64,000 nucleotides of DNA from Planctomycetota bacterium (GCA_963204725.1 CAUJHH010000067.1:15459-79458), one strand, 5' to 3'. Numbered from the stretch's first letter, positions 1-9,238 are shown. The notes: a model not told the origin generated them from the sequence alone. Translations and numbers: made by a program.

Positions 1-2676
1 GAAGGTCCACTCGCCGGATTCCGGGATCTGGATGCTCCCCGTGAGCGAGAGTGAGAAGTAGTCGGTGGGGCCGCCGGTGTAGAACGCGCTGTTGGTGATG
101 CGCCAGGAGGGGTTGTCAACCGTGGTCGTGACAGCACGCGCATCCCAGTCCACGCTGTCGAGACTGCTGACGCGTGATGTCCGCCAATTGGCGGTGAGTC
201 CTCCGGTGCCGGCGTACGGGCCGCCCGGTGAGAAGGGGACCGCGGGGGTGAGCGCAGAAGAGGGGACCACTTCTTCGACGACGACGCCGGGTCCGTTCCA
301 GGTCAGAACAAGTCCCTGCGAGTAATTGCGCTCAAGGTAGAGGATCTCGATGGTGTGCGGGCCGGCGGCGAGTTCGGCGGACCCGGAGGAGAATCTGAAG
401 GAATGGTTGGCGTCGTCGTTGACGATGACTTCGCCATCGATGAGCAGGCGTGCGCCCGCGTCGCTACCGAGCGCGAAGTTCCACGAGCCGGCCTCGGGGA
501 TCTCGATCTCTCCCATGAATCGGCCTGCGAAGTAGTCGGTGGGGCCGCCGTCGGTGAATGCGTTGTTGGTAATGCGCCAGTTGATCTTGGGGACGACGCT
601 CGTGGTGTCGTACTTCCACCAGTCGACCTCACCGAGGAGTGTGGCGTGCGAGACGCCGCTCGACCAATAGGCGCGGAGCCCGCCGCCGCCCTCATCAATG
701 ATGGGCTCGTCGGGATCTGGGCTGAACGCTGATGCGGGGATGACCTCTTCGTAAGGGACGGTCGGCCCCTGCCATGTCAGGACCAGGCCCTGCGAGTAGT
801 TGCGCTCGAGGTATCGGATCTCGATTCGCACGTCGCCGGCGGGAAGCGAGAGGGAGCCCGAGCGGAATCGGAAGGAGTGGTTGGCATCGTCGTTGACGAC
901 GAGTTCGCCGTTGACGAAGAGCTGTGCGCCGGCGTCGCTGCCGAGCTTGAACGTCCAGTTGCCGCTGGCGGGAACGCTGAGGAGCCCGACGAGTCGGAGG
1001 GCGAAGTAGTCGGTGGGACCATCGGGATAGAACGGGCTGTTGGTGATCGGCCAACTGATCTGGCTCTCATTGGTGGCGAGGTCGTAGGTGGACCAGTCGA
1101 CCCGGCCAAGGGTTGTGGCGTGGGAGACGCCGCTGGACCAGTAGGCGCGCAGGCCCATTCCTCCGGACGAATCGTCGATGACATCCGGCGAGAAGGCGGA
1201 CGCGGGGATGACCTCTTCGAACTCTGCGCCGGGGGCCTGCCAGGTCGCGACCAGTCCCTGCGAGTAGTTGCGTTCGAGGTAGCGCACCTCGAACGCGTGG
1301 GACCCAGCCGTGAGCGAGGCCGTTCCCGACTGGAATCGGAAGGAGTGGTTTGCGTCGTCGTTGACAACCACTTCCCCGTCGATCATCAGCCGCGCGCCCG
1401 CATCGCTGCCGAGCTTGAAGGTCCAGAGTCCCGTGGTCGGAATGGTGATCTCGCCGAGGAGTCGGAGGGCGAAGTAGTCGGTGGGGCCGTCGGTCTGGAA
1501 CGGGCTGTTCGTGATTCGCCAGCTCACCTTGCCGACGGTTGTCTGGCGATCGAACTCCGTCCAGTCCACCTCGCCGAGAACGGTGGCGTGTGAGACGGCG
1601 TCGGACCAGTAGGCGTTAAGCCCGTCGCCGGTCTCGCCGGGGGGGACAGGCGCGACGGGTGTGAACGCGGAGCTGGGGATGACCTCTTCGTAGGGCGCGC
1701 TCGGAGACTGCCAGGTCGCGACGAGTCCTTGTGAGTAGTTGCGTTCGAGGTAGTGCACCTCGTAGAGATGCTCTCCCGCGGCCAGGGTGGCGGAGCCGGA
1801 TGCGAAGCGAAACGAGTGGTTCGCGTCGTCGTTGATGACAAGCTGTCCATCGATGAAGAGCCGCGCGCCTGCATCGCTGCCGAGCTTGAAACGCCAGTCG
1901 CCTCCCTCGGGCAGCGTGATGACACCGACGAGGCGGAGTGCGAAGTAGTCGGTCGAGCCGCCGGCCTGAAAGGGCTCGTTGGTGATTGGCCAGGAGATGC
2001 AGGGGACGATGGAGGTGCTGTCGTAGGTCGTCCAATCGACCTCGCCGAGCCTCGTGGCGTGTGAGACGCCGTCGGACCAGTAGGCGCGGAGGCCGTGGCC
2101 GTCGTCATTCTCGGCGATCACGGCGGCGAGGTATGTGAACGCGCTGGCGGGAACGGCGACGCGGGTGTCGACGCCCGGGCCCTGCCAGTCGAGCACGAGT
2201 CCCTGCGAGTAGTTCACCTCGAGGTAGCGGATCTCGATGGCGTGGGAGCCAGCGGAGAGGAACGCGGTCGTGGTTCGGCGCGCGTAGCTGTGATTGGCGT
2301 CGTGGTCGACCTCGAGTTCGCCGTCGATGAAGAGACGGGCTCCGGCGTCGCTGGAGAGCCCGATGGTCCAGACGCCGTCGGCGGGGATCTCGATCGCGCC
2401 GACGAATCGCGCCGCGAAGTAGTCGGTCGGGCCGCCCTCGTAGAAGGCGTTATTCGAGACGGGCCAGTTGATCTCGGTCACGACGCTCATGAGGTCGTAG
2501 CGGGACCAGTCGATCTCGCCGAGACGGCGTGCGTGGGAGACGCCGCCGGACCAGAAGGCCAGGAGTCCGGGCTGGCTTCCCTCGGGTGGGTCGGCTCGAA
2601 CGGGCGTCGTGAGAGCGGCGAACAGGATCGCGGCGAGCAAGAGGCACGAGCGTGTGAAGCGAGTCGATCTGCGCAT
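1..2676 (-). CDS. Secreted PA14-domain repeat protein (signal peptide plus at least 6 tandem PA14 domains), 3' end truncated by window edge
   Basis: The minus-strand frame is open from the ATG at 2676-2674 (GGGGAG RBS 5 nt upstream) to base 1. It is absent from the ORF track because no stop lies inside the window. The N-terminus MRRSTRFTRSCLLLAAILFAALTTPVRA looks like a signal peptide. Six ~157-aa units follow, each with PA14 hallmarks: YWS.GVSHA..LGEVDW, GPTDYFALRL.G.I..P..G.W.F.LGSDAGARL.IDG..V.NDDANHSF and YLERNYSQGLV.TWQ.P. Confidence 0.85.
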   Translation of the reverse strand, partial: MRRSTRFTRSCLLLAAILFAALTTPVRADPPEGSQPGLLAFWSGGVSHARRLGEIDWSRYDLMSVVTEINWPVSNNAFYEGGPTDYFAARFVGAIEIPADGVWTIGLSSDAGARLFIDGELEVDHDANHSYARRTTTAFLSAGSHAIEIRYLEVNYSQGLVLDWQGPGVDTRVAVPASAFTYLAAVIAENDDGHGLRAYWSDGVSHATRLGEVDWTTYDSTSIVPCISWPITNEPFQAGGSTDYFALRLVGVITLPEGGDWRFKLGSDAGARLFIDGQLVINDDANHSFRFASGSATLAAGEHLYEVHYLERNYSQGLVATWQSPSAPYEEVIPSSAFTPVAPVPPGETGDGLNAYWSDAVSHATVLGEVDWTEFDRQTTVGKVSWRITNSPFQTDGPTDYFALRLLGEITIPTTGLWTFKLGSDAGARLMIDGEVVVNDDANHSFRFQSGTASLTAGSHAFEVRYLERNYSQGLVATWQAPGAEFEEVIPASAFSPDVIDDSSGGMGLRAYWSSGVSHATTLGRVDWSTYDLATNESQISWPITNSPFYPDGPTDYFALRLVGLLSVPASGNWTFKLGSDAGAQLFVNGELVVNDDANHSFRFRSGSLSLPAGDVRIEIRYLERNYSQGLVLTWQGPTVPYEEVIPASAFSPDPDEPIIDEGGGGLRAYWSSGVSHATLLGEVDWWKYDTTSVVPKINWRITNNAFTDGGPTDYFAGRFMGEIEIPEAGSWNFALGSDAGARLLIDGEVIVNDDANHSFRFSSGSAELAAGPHTIEILYLERNYSQGLVLTWNGPGVVVEEVVPSSALTPAVPFSPGGPYAGTGGLTANWRTSRVSSLDSVDWDARAVTTTVDNPSWRITNSAFYTGGPTDYFSLSLTGSIQIPESGEWTF
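1..2676 (-). repeat. Tandem coding repeat, unit 468-474 bp, at least 6 copies (PA14 modules)
   Basis: The identical 12-mer GAAGTAGTCGGT (antisense of the TDYF codons) recurs at 55, 529, 1003, 1471, 1942 and 2416, giving spacings of 474, 474, 468, 471 and 474 bp. The plus-strand shadow ORFs show the same periodic pattern (VVDD.F..DE). Confidence 0.85.
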
Positions 2677-2788
2677 GGAGACTCCCCGGTGGACGGCAGG
2701 GCCGATCCCGGGATATCGGTCGGGCGGGGGGTGTCATTCTGGGGGATCCACCGGAAGATGCGAACGCGCGTCCTCTGGTCCGAGAATC

Positions 2789-4771
2789 TCAGACTTTGGG
2801 AGCGCCGGGCTCGGACCTCAGCGATTCGGTGATAGAGATTTCCTGCAGGCGAACACTGGCCTTGTCGAGCGCGTCCTTCGCCTGGTGGATGGCGTCGGGG
2901 CTCGCGGAGGTCCAGTCGTGCTCGGCGGCGTCGATCATCGATCGGAGCGATGAGGCGAGGGATTCGAGTTCCGCGCGATACGCGGGCTCGAGCTTCGGAC
3001 CGAGCTTTGTGAGCCGGTCGCCGATCCACTTCAGGTCCATCCGGCCGTTCACAATGAGATCCACGATGCGATGGCGGGTCATGTCGGTGCGGGCGTGCGT
3101 GAAGGAGTCTCGCTCCATGCGGTCCACCTCGTCGCGGGTGAGACCGTGGTTGGGAACGACCTGGATCGCGGCGTGCTTGCCTGTGCGGCGTTCGGCTGCG
3201 CTTACACGCAGGACGCCGTTGGCATCGACGAGGAACTCGACCTCGACCTGTGGGATGCCGGCGGGCATCGGAGGAAGGTTGCGCAGATGGAACTCGCCGA
3301 GCATGCGACAGTCGGCGGCCATCTCTCGCTCTCCCTGGTAGACGGCGAGCTTGATCGAGGTCTGGCCATCCACGCTCGTGGAGAACATCTCGGTGGCGCG
3401 GGCGGGGACGGGTGCGTTGCGGATGATCAGTTTGGCGACCGCGCCGCCGACGGTCTCGATGCCGAGAGAGAGGGGAACGACGTCGAGAAGAAGGGAGCCG
3501 GTGGATGCGCCGCTGAGGAGCGAGGCCTGCACGGCGGCGCCGAGTGCGACGACCAGATCGGGGTCGAGTGCGGTGTAGGGCTCGACACCGAAGAACTCGG
3601 CGACGCGGCGGCGGACGAGTGGCATTCGGGTTGAGCCGCCGACGAGGACGACGGCGTCGATGGCGCGCTTGGCTTCGTCAACAGAAGAGGCACCGAGTTC
3701 GCGGGCGGCATCGCGGAGGGCGCGATCGCAGGCATCGGCGGTGCGCTCGACAAGCGGCAGCGAGATCGATTCGAGTTCGGCGCGGGTGATGGTGCGTTCG
3801 TAGACCCGGGACTCCGTGCCATCGCCAACGTCGATTCGGATACGGGCATCGTCGGCGTCGCTCAGCCGGTGCTTGACCTCTTCGGCGAACTGCTTCAGGG
3901 CGCGGCGAACAGCGGGCGCGGGGTCGGTGTCGGCGCGGAGCCAGCCGCGTTCGCGGAGTTCGCGGGTGAAGAGCGCGACGAGCGCGTGGTCGATGTCGTC
4001 GCCACCGAGGCGGGTGTCTCCGGAGGTGGCGAGGACCTGAAAGAAGGACGTTTCGGCGGCGGAAGCGGCGGGTGTGAGGCGCAGGATGGAGAGGTCGAAC
4101 GTGCCCCCTCCGAGGTCGAAGACGGCGACGATGGATTCGTCCTTGCGATTGCGCTTGGCGTCCCGGTCGAGGCCGATGCCATAGGCGAGGGCGGCGGCGG
4201 TTGGCTCGTTGACGATGCGGACGATGTCGAGTCCGGCGAGGTGGCCGGCATCGCGGGTGGCCTGGCGCTGCGCATCGTCGAAGTAGGCCGGGACGGTGAC
4301 GACGGCCTTGTTCACTGGAACGCCGAGGACGGACTCGGCACGCGCCTTGAGCGCGGCAAGGATCGCGGCCGAGACCTCCTGAGGGGAGACAACGCGGACG
4401 CCCCCTTCGAGTGGGACCGCGACGCGCGCGGTGGCATGGTCGCCCTCGATGACTGTGTAGGGAAGGTAGACGAGATCGGCGGTCGAGTCGGCGAGCGAGC
4501 GTCCCATGAGTCGCTTGATGCTGGTGATGGTGGTGTGGGGGAACTCGACCGCCCGATCCTTCGCATCGGTTCCGACGACCGTGCGAGGGGCCGCGACAGG
4601 ACCCTCGTAGCGGACCGCGCTCGGGAGGAGCGCGGCGTCGTCCGAGGCGGCGAGGACGCGTGGGCCTTTCTCGTCGGCGATGGCAACAAGCGAATTGGTG
4701 GTGCCGAGGTCGATGCCGACGATCACGCTTCGGGATCGCTGGTCGTCGGATTGGGGATCGGGGTGGACCAT
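2789..4771 (-). CDS. Hsp70-family chaperone, HscA/DnaK-like
   Basis: 660 aa with the motifs IVGIDLGTTNSLVA, VVTVPAYFDDAQRQATRDAGHLAGLDIVRIVNEPTAAALAYG, DLGGGTFD and VLVGGSTRMPLV. The overall pattern is closest to HscA-type Hsp70. No isc, hscB, grpE or dnaJ neighbour is present in the window. Confidence 0.9.
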   Translation of the reverse strand: MVHPDPQSDDQRSRSVIVGIDLGTTNSLVAIADEKGPRVLAASDDAALLPSAVRYEGPVAAPRTVVGTDAKDRAVEFPHTTITSIKRLMGRSLADSTADLVYLPYTVIEGDHATARVAVPLEGGVRVVSPQEVSAAILAALKARAESVLGVPVNKAVVTVPAYFDDAQRQATRDAGHLAGLDIVRIVNEPTAAALAYGIGLDRDAKRNRKDESIVAVFDLGGGTFDLSILRLTPAASAAETSFFQVLATSGDTRLGGDDIDHALVALFTRELRERGWLRADTDPAPAVRRALKQFAEEVKHRLSDADDARIRIDVGDGTESRVYERTITRAELESISLPLVERTADACDRALRDAARELGASSVDEAKRAIDAVVLVGGSTRMPLVRRRVAEFFGVEPYTALDPDLVVALGAAVQASLLSGASTGSLLLDVVPLSLGIETVGGAVAKLIIRNAPVPARATEMFSTSVDGQTSIKLAVYQGEREMAADCRMLGEFHLRNLPPMPAGIPQVEVEFLVDANGVLRVSAAERRTGKHAAIQVVPNHGLTRDEVDRMERDSFTHARTDMTRHRIVDLIVNGRMDLKWIGDRLTKLGPKLEPAYRAELESLASSLRSMIDAAEHDWTSASPDAIHQAKDALDKASVRLQEISITESLRSEPGAPKV

Positions 4772-4790
4772 TGGGCTAGGTTAGTCGCCC

Positions 4791-5351
4791 CTACCACGAC
4801 CATCCGGTGGAGAGCCAGGCGTGCTCACCGAGCGTGCGCACGAGCGACTTGCCCCATGTGTCTTCCTCGAGGTTGACGACTTTGGTGGTGCGTCGGCCGT
4901 TGGCCGCGAGATGGATGATGGCGGTGGTGTGGCTGGTGCGGATGGGCGTGTCTTCGCCGGGGTCTCCGATCTGGAGATCGGGGCGGATCCATTCCAACCG
5001 GTTCCAGAGGTCGGCCATCTGGCGATCGGTGAGGTACTTGGTGCGTGGTGGATAGACGCGGGTGGTTGCGCCCGCGCCGGTGGCGGCGCGCAGGAGGCCG
5101 TCGGGCTCGACGATGTAACGACCCGGGCGGTCGGCGAGGTCCCGACCGAACGAGAGATCTCGGCCGTTGGCGTCGGTCTCTCTCCCCGGCGTGATGACGG
5201 TGACAGAGAGCGCGAAATCCTGGGGATAGTCGACGCCACGAACAGAGGCGGGTTGTGGCGTGGGGTTTGAAGCACAGGCACCGGTCAGAATCGCCACGAG
5301 CCCGAGGAGAGCGGCCGGCAGCTTGCGATTTCGGGTCATGGCCATTTGCAT
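4791..5351 (-). CDS. Hypothetical lipoprotein
   Basis: The ORF track extends to 5498. I trimmed it to the ATG cluster at 5351/5345/5339, which gives MQMAMTRNRKLPAALLGLVAILTGAC, a Sec/SPII-type signal with lipobox LTGAC. No recognisable domain follows. The gene ends 19 nt upstream of the Hsp70 start. Confidence 0.6.
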   Translation of the reverse strand: MQMAMTRNRKLPAALLGLVAILTGACASNPTPQPASVRGVDYPQDFALSVTVITPGRETDANGRDLSFGRDLADRPGRYIVEPDGLLRAATGAGATTRVYPPRTKYLTDRQMADLWNRLEWIRPDLQIGDPGEDTPIRTSHTTAIIHLAANGRRTTKVVNLEEDTWGKSLVRTLGEHAWLSTGWSW

Positions 5352-5472
5352 AATAGTAGAGGATCGTGCGTGCAAGAGCCGGGAGAAAGGAACGGATCCA
5401 TTGGATCGGTGACGAGGATGTCCGATTGCGGCGAGTCCCGCTTGACGGGCGTGTCGACTACCCTTGGCTCGC

Positions 5473-7584
5473 ATGAACACCTCACTGCATTGGCTCAATC
5501 GCTATCTGTCGGCACCGGTGACGGCACAGGAGGCCGAGGACGTGCTGACGCATGTCGGTTTCCCGTTCGAATCCAAGACGGAGCAGTCGTCGGCATCGGG
5601 CAAGACCGATTGGCTGATGGACGTGGAGATCACGTCGAATCGGGGAGATTGCCTCTCGCACGTCGGGCTGGCGCGGGAGATCGCGGCCAAGACCGAGCGG
5701 GCGTTGGTCATGCCGACGGCGCCAGCGCCGAAGCGAGCGGGGCGTGTGGGCGAATTCCTGCGTTTGACAAACACGATGCCGGATGCCTGCCCGAGGTTCA
5801 CGGCGCAGGTGATCCGGAACGTGAAGGTCGGTCCCAGCCCCGATTGGATCCGCGAGGCGTTGGAATCGGTCGGACAGCGTTCGATCAACAATGTCGTTGA
5901 TGTCACAAACTTCATCACGCTCGAACTGGGCAACCCGTGCCACGTCTTCGATCTGGATCGGCTGGAGGGGCGTGCGCTGACGGTTCGATTCGCGAAGAAG
6001 GGCGAGCCCCTCAGGACGCTCGACGGGAAGCAGCGGGCGCTGATTGAGACCGATCTGGTTGTTGCCGACGGTGCACGAGCGCAGTCGCTGGCGGGCGTGA
6101 TTGGCGGGGCGGATTCCGAGGTGTCGGCAACGACGACGAATGTCGTGCTCGAGATGGCGTGCTGGGATCCGGCAACGATCCGCCGCGCGGCACGCCGGCT
6201 CGCGATCCGGACCGATGCCGGATACCGCTTCGAGCGGGGCGTGCACGCCGGAACGCTCGACGACGCGGCGCGACGCGCGGCGGAGCTGATCGTGCAACTC
6301 GCGGGGGGAGAACTCGCCGATGGTGTGCTGAGCGAGGGGCACCCGGTCGCCGCGGCGCGAGTGATCGAGCTGCGTGTTTCGCGGTGCGGCGCGATCATCG
6401 GGCACGCGATCCCGGCGGGGGACATCATCGGGCTCATGCGGCGGCTGGAGGTCGAGGTCGAGCAGCGGGATGAGGACGTGCTCGAGTGCACGATCCCCGC
6501 GTGGCGGATGGACCTTGAGCGCGAGATCGACCTGATCGAAGAGGTTGCGCGGATCCGGGGGCTGGACAAGATCGAGGTGAGCGACAAGCTGTCAATCGCA
6601 ATCAAGCCGCCGCAGGCGGCCGAGGCGGCCTCGCGAGAGCTGTCGGGCGTGCTGACCGGGCTGGGTTTCTACGAGGCGGTGACGTTCTCGTTCATCACGC
6701 CCGCGCAGGCTGCGCCGTTCACGACTGCTGGGGCGGCGTTGCTGCGTGTAGACGATGAGCGGCGCGGCTCGGACGGGACGCTTCGGCCGAGCGTGCTGCC
6801 GGGGCTGCTGCTCTGTCGCAGAGCGAATCGGATGGCCCAGGTGGAGGTCGCGGGAGGCGTGCGGCTCTTCGAGAGATCGGCGACGTTCGCCGAGGATTCC
6901 AAGGGAAAGTCGCTGGAGCGGAAGACGCTCGCGTTGCTCTTGGACACGCCGATGAGCGGCAAGCGCGTCACGCACGAGGATCGGCAGACTGGCGTCCGGC
7001 TGATGCGGGGTGCGATCGAGTCGATCGTGCGTTCGCTCGCGGGAGCTTCGGCGAGGGTCGAGATCGAGCGGGTGGATGCGGGCGTGCCGGCGGCGTGGGA
7101 GCCGAGCGCGACGGGGAGGATTGAGGTGCGGAGCGCGGGGGGCGCCATCGGGCTTGGGACGATCGGGTTGCTGACGAAGGCGACGCTGGACATCTTCGAT
7201 CTGGAGCACCCGGTGGTGTGCGCAGAGCTGGATATCGATCCGCTGGTCGCGATGTATCCGCCCGCGTCGGCGATCGAAACATTGCCGGCGTTCCCTTCGA
7301 TCGAGCGGGATCTGTCGCTGGTTGTGGGCGAGGAGATCGCTTGGGCGCGGTTCGACGGGTTGCTGGCGAGACTCTCGGGCGAGCCGGAGATGGCCCTGAT
7401 GGAATCGGCCCGGTTCGTCGGAGTCTATCGCGGCGAGCAGGCGGGCAAGGGGAAGAAGAGCGTGACGCTGCGGATGCGGTTCCGTGCCCCCGACAGGACG
7501 CTGCGGCACGAAGAGGTTGATCCGCAGGTCGCGAGGGTGGTGGCGGCAGCGAAGTCGGAGTTGCAAGCCGAGCTGCGGATCTGA
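5473..7584 (+). CDS. pheT: Phenylalanine--tRNA ligase beta subunit
   Basis: The N-terminus MNTSLHWLNRYL resembles the PheT B1 domain. B3/B4 motifs are present (ITSNRGDCLSHVGLAREIA, CPRFTAQVI, SINNVVDVTNFITLELGNPCHVFDLDRL), as is the C-terminal FDX-ACB-like end (SVTLRMRFRAPDRTLRHEEVD). The track start at 5464 is a TTG; the ATG at 5473 is preferred. Confidence 0.93.
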   Translation: MNTSLHWLNRYLSAPVTAQEAEDVLTHVGFPFESKTEQSSASGKTDWLMDVEITSNRGDCLSHVGLAREIAAKTERALVMPTAPAPKRAGRVGEFLRLTNTMPDACPRFTAQVIRNVKVGPSPDWIREALESVGQRSINNVVDVTNFITLELGNPCHVFDLDRLEGRALTVRFAKKGEPLRTLDGKQRALIETDLVVADGARAQSLAGVIGGADSEVSATTTNVVLEMACWDPATIRRAARRLAIRTDAGYRFERGVHAGTLDDAARRAAELIVQLAGGELADGVLSEGHPVAAARVIELRVSRCGAIIGHAIPAGDIIGLMRRLEVEVEQRDEDVLECTIPAWRMDLEREIDLIEEVARIRGLDKIEVSDKLSIAIKPPQAAEAASRELSGVLTGLGFYEAVTFSFITPAQAAPFTTAGAALLRVDDERRGSDGTLRPSVLPGLLLCRRANRMAQVEVAGGVRLFERSATFAEDSKGKSLERKTLALLLDTPMSGKRVTHEDRQTGVRLMRGAIESIVRSLAGASARVEIERVDAGVPAAWEPSATGRIEVRSAGGAIGLGTIGLLTKATLDIFDLEHPVVCAELDIDPLVAMYPPASAIETLPAFPSIERDLSLVVGEEIAWARFDGLLARLSGEPEMALMESARFVGVYRGEQAGKGKKSVTLRMRFRAPDRTLRHEEVDPQVARVVAAAKSELQAELRI

Positions 7585-7786
7585 TCGCGCGGCCTTTGCC
7601 GGTGTCGCGCCGCGCTTGCGGGTGTACGGTATGCGGGCGGGATGGGGAGTTTTTTCGGGTGCGCCTGCGGCCTTTGGAGCCCTCACGAATACGATTGGCG
7701 GCGAGAGTCGGCTCTCGCCCAAAGCCCACCAGATCCGGGCCGTCAGTCTCCAGGCCACGGTGCGTGGCACGGAAGGAGCAGACCAG

Positions 7787-8743
7787 ATGACCAGTGTGTC
7801 CGCACGCCCCACCACGACCGGCACCGCGACGCCTTCCACCGACCGCCCGTTGATCTGGGTCAACGGCGAACTGAAGCCGAAGAGCCAGGCGATGGTGAAC
7901 GTGTACGACCACGGTCTGCTCTATGGCGACGGAATCTTCGAGGGCATCCGGGTCTACCAGGGCAAGATCTTTCTGTGCAAGCAGCACATCGACCGGCTGT
8001 GGAAGTGCGCGTCCGAGATCCGCATGACGATCCCCGTCTCACGGGATGAGATGGTTTCGATCATGCGCAAGTGCATCGAAGCCAACGGGCTCGTTGATGG
8101 GTACATCCGGCTGATCGTGACGCGCGGCGTGGGAACGCTGGGGCTGGATCCGCGCCGCTGCCCGGTGCCGGGGATCATCTGCATCGCGGACCAGATCGCG
8201 CTCTTCCCGGCTCAGATGTACGACGAGGGGATGCGCGTCGTGGTCGCGAACCGGCCGAAGACGCCGATCGCGTGCCTCGACCCGCGGATCAAGAGCTTGA
8301 ATTATCTGAACAACATCCTCGCCAAGTGCGAGGCGATCGACTACGGCTGCCACGAGGTCATCATGCTCAACGTCGACGGCGACGTGACCGAGGGCTCGGG
8401 CGACAACATCTTCATCATTCAGGGGGGGCAGATCTTCACGCCCCCGTCGGAAGTCGGCCTGCTTGAGGGGATCACCCGTCGGTTCGTGATGAGCCGCCTC
8501 GCGCCCGAGTGCGGCCTGAAGGTCGTGGAGAAGTCCTTCCGGCTCGACGAGCTCCTCAAGGCCGAGGAGATATTCCTCACCGGTTCTGCAGCTGAGATCA
8601 TCTCCGTCACGCAGATCGACCAGCACGACGGCAAGGCGATCACCAAGTCGACGCGGATCTCGCAGGGCGAGGGACCGATCACGAACACACTGCGCCAGCG
8701 ATTCCGGCAGATCGTGACGAGCGCGGTGGTGCCCGAGGACTGA
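7787..8743 (+). CDS. ilvE: Branched-chain amino acid aminotransferase (class IV PLP enzyme)
   Basis: Class IV aminotransferase motifs: VNVYDHGLLYGDGIFEGIRVY, YIRLIVTRG, RIKSLNYLNNILAK, EGSGDNIFII and GITR. I trimmed the track ORF (7484) to the ATG at 7787, which is preceded by GGAAGGAG at 7771-7778. Confidence 0.88.
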   Translation: MTSVSARPTTTGTATPSTDRPLIWVNGELKPKSQAMVNVYDHGLLYGDGIFEGIRVYQGKIFLCKQHIDRLWKCASEIRMTIPVSRDEMVSIMRKCIEANGLVDGYIRLIVTRGVGTLGLDPRRCPVPGIICIADQIALFPAQMYDEGMRVVVANRPKTPIACLDPRIKSLNYLNNILAKCEAIDYGCHEVIMLNVDGDVTEGSGDNIFIIQGGQIFTPPSEVGLLEGITRRFVMSRLAPECGLKVVEKSFRLDELLKAEEIFLTGSAAEIISVTQIDQHDGKAITKSTRISQGEGPITNTLRQRFRQIVTSAVVPED

Positions 8744-8768
8744 TCCCTCCGGAAACCGTTCGAATCAT

Positions 8769-8804
8769 GGGCCCGTCGGCGTGTACCGACGGGCCCTGTT
8801 CATT
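8769..8804 (+). terminator. Putative intrinsic terminator downstream of ilvE
   Basis: Perfect 11-bp stem, GGGCCCGTCGG (8769-8779) pairing with CCGACGGGCCC (8786-8796), with a 6-nt loop, followed by TGTTCATT. The T-tract is weak. Confidence 0.5.
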
Positions 8805-8854
8805 GGCGGGCACGCGTTGGTGGAGAATCCACTGCCCGGATAGGCTCTCGGCCC

Positions 8855-9238
8855 ATGAACCCGATGTTGTCCAGATGGCTGATCCCCGTCGTCTTGCTCA
8901 TTGCGTCCAACATCTTCATGACGTACGCGTGGTACTACCACCTGAAGGTGCGGACGTGGCCGCTGGCGGTCGCGATCGTGGCCTCGTGGGGCATCGCGTT
9001 CTTCGAGTACTGCCTGCAGGTGCCGGCGAATCGGCTCGGGCATGTCTCGAACGGGGGGGCGTTCACAGCGCCGCAGCTGAAGATCATGCAGGAAGCGATC
9101 ACACTGGTCGTTTTCGCGTGCTTCAGCGTCGCGGTGCTGAAGGAACGGCCTCGCGTGAACGACTATGTCGCGATGGGTCTGATCATGCTGGCGGTTGTTG
9201 TCTCGATGATGGGCAGGCGCGCGACGATCGTGCCTTAG
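8855..9238 (+). CDS. DMT-superfamily small membrane protein (DUF486 family)
   Basis: 127 aa with four hydrophobic helices. The N-terminus LLIASNIFMTYAWYYHLK and FTAPQLKIMQEAITLVVF are typical of DUF486/DMT family proteins. Confidence 0.8.
   Translation: MNPMLSRWLIPVVLLIASNIFMTYAWYYHLKVRTWPLAVAIVASWGIAFFEYCLQVPANRLGHVSNGGAFTAPQLKIMQEAITLVVFACFSVAVLKERPRVNDYVAMGLIMLAVVVSMMGRRATIVP

Noticed and set aside
1-2676. Regular repeat array, considered as a CRISPR or satellite.
   Set aside because: The unit is 468-474 bp, in frame and protein-coding. There is no short repeat/spacer structure and there are no cas genes.
355-2832. Plus-strand ORFs 355..732, 877..1593, 1753..2064 and 2095..2832 with a periodic VVDD.F..DE pattern.
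   Set aside because: They are the antisense image of the PA14 repeats. The minus strand gives clean PA14 domains with a signal peptide and an RBS, and the plus-strand products are acidic/Gly-rich junk.
7484-7786. Upstream extensions of track ORFs: ilvE from 7484, clpC from 45968, pfk to 36280, gpsA to 63745, DUF58 from 39717, NUDIX from 55484, HldE-like to 59036 and the lipoprotein to 5498.
   Set aside because: The extensions are Arg/Pro-rich, overlap neighbouring genes or intergenic hairpins, and precede positions where homologues start and where an ATG with a purine-rich RBS is present. I therefore trimmed the starts.
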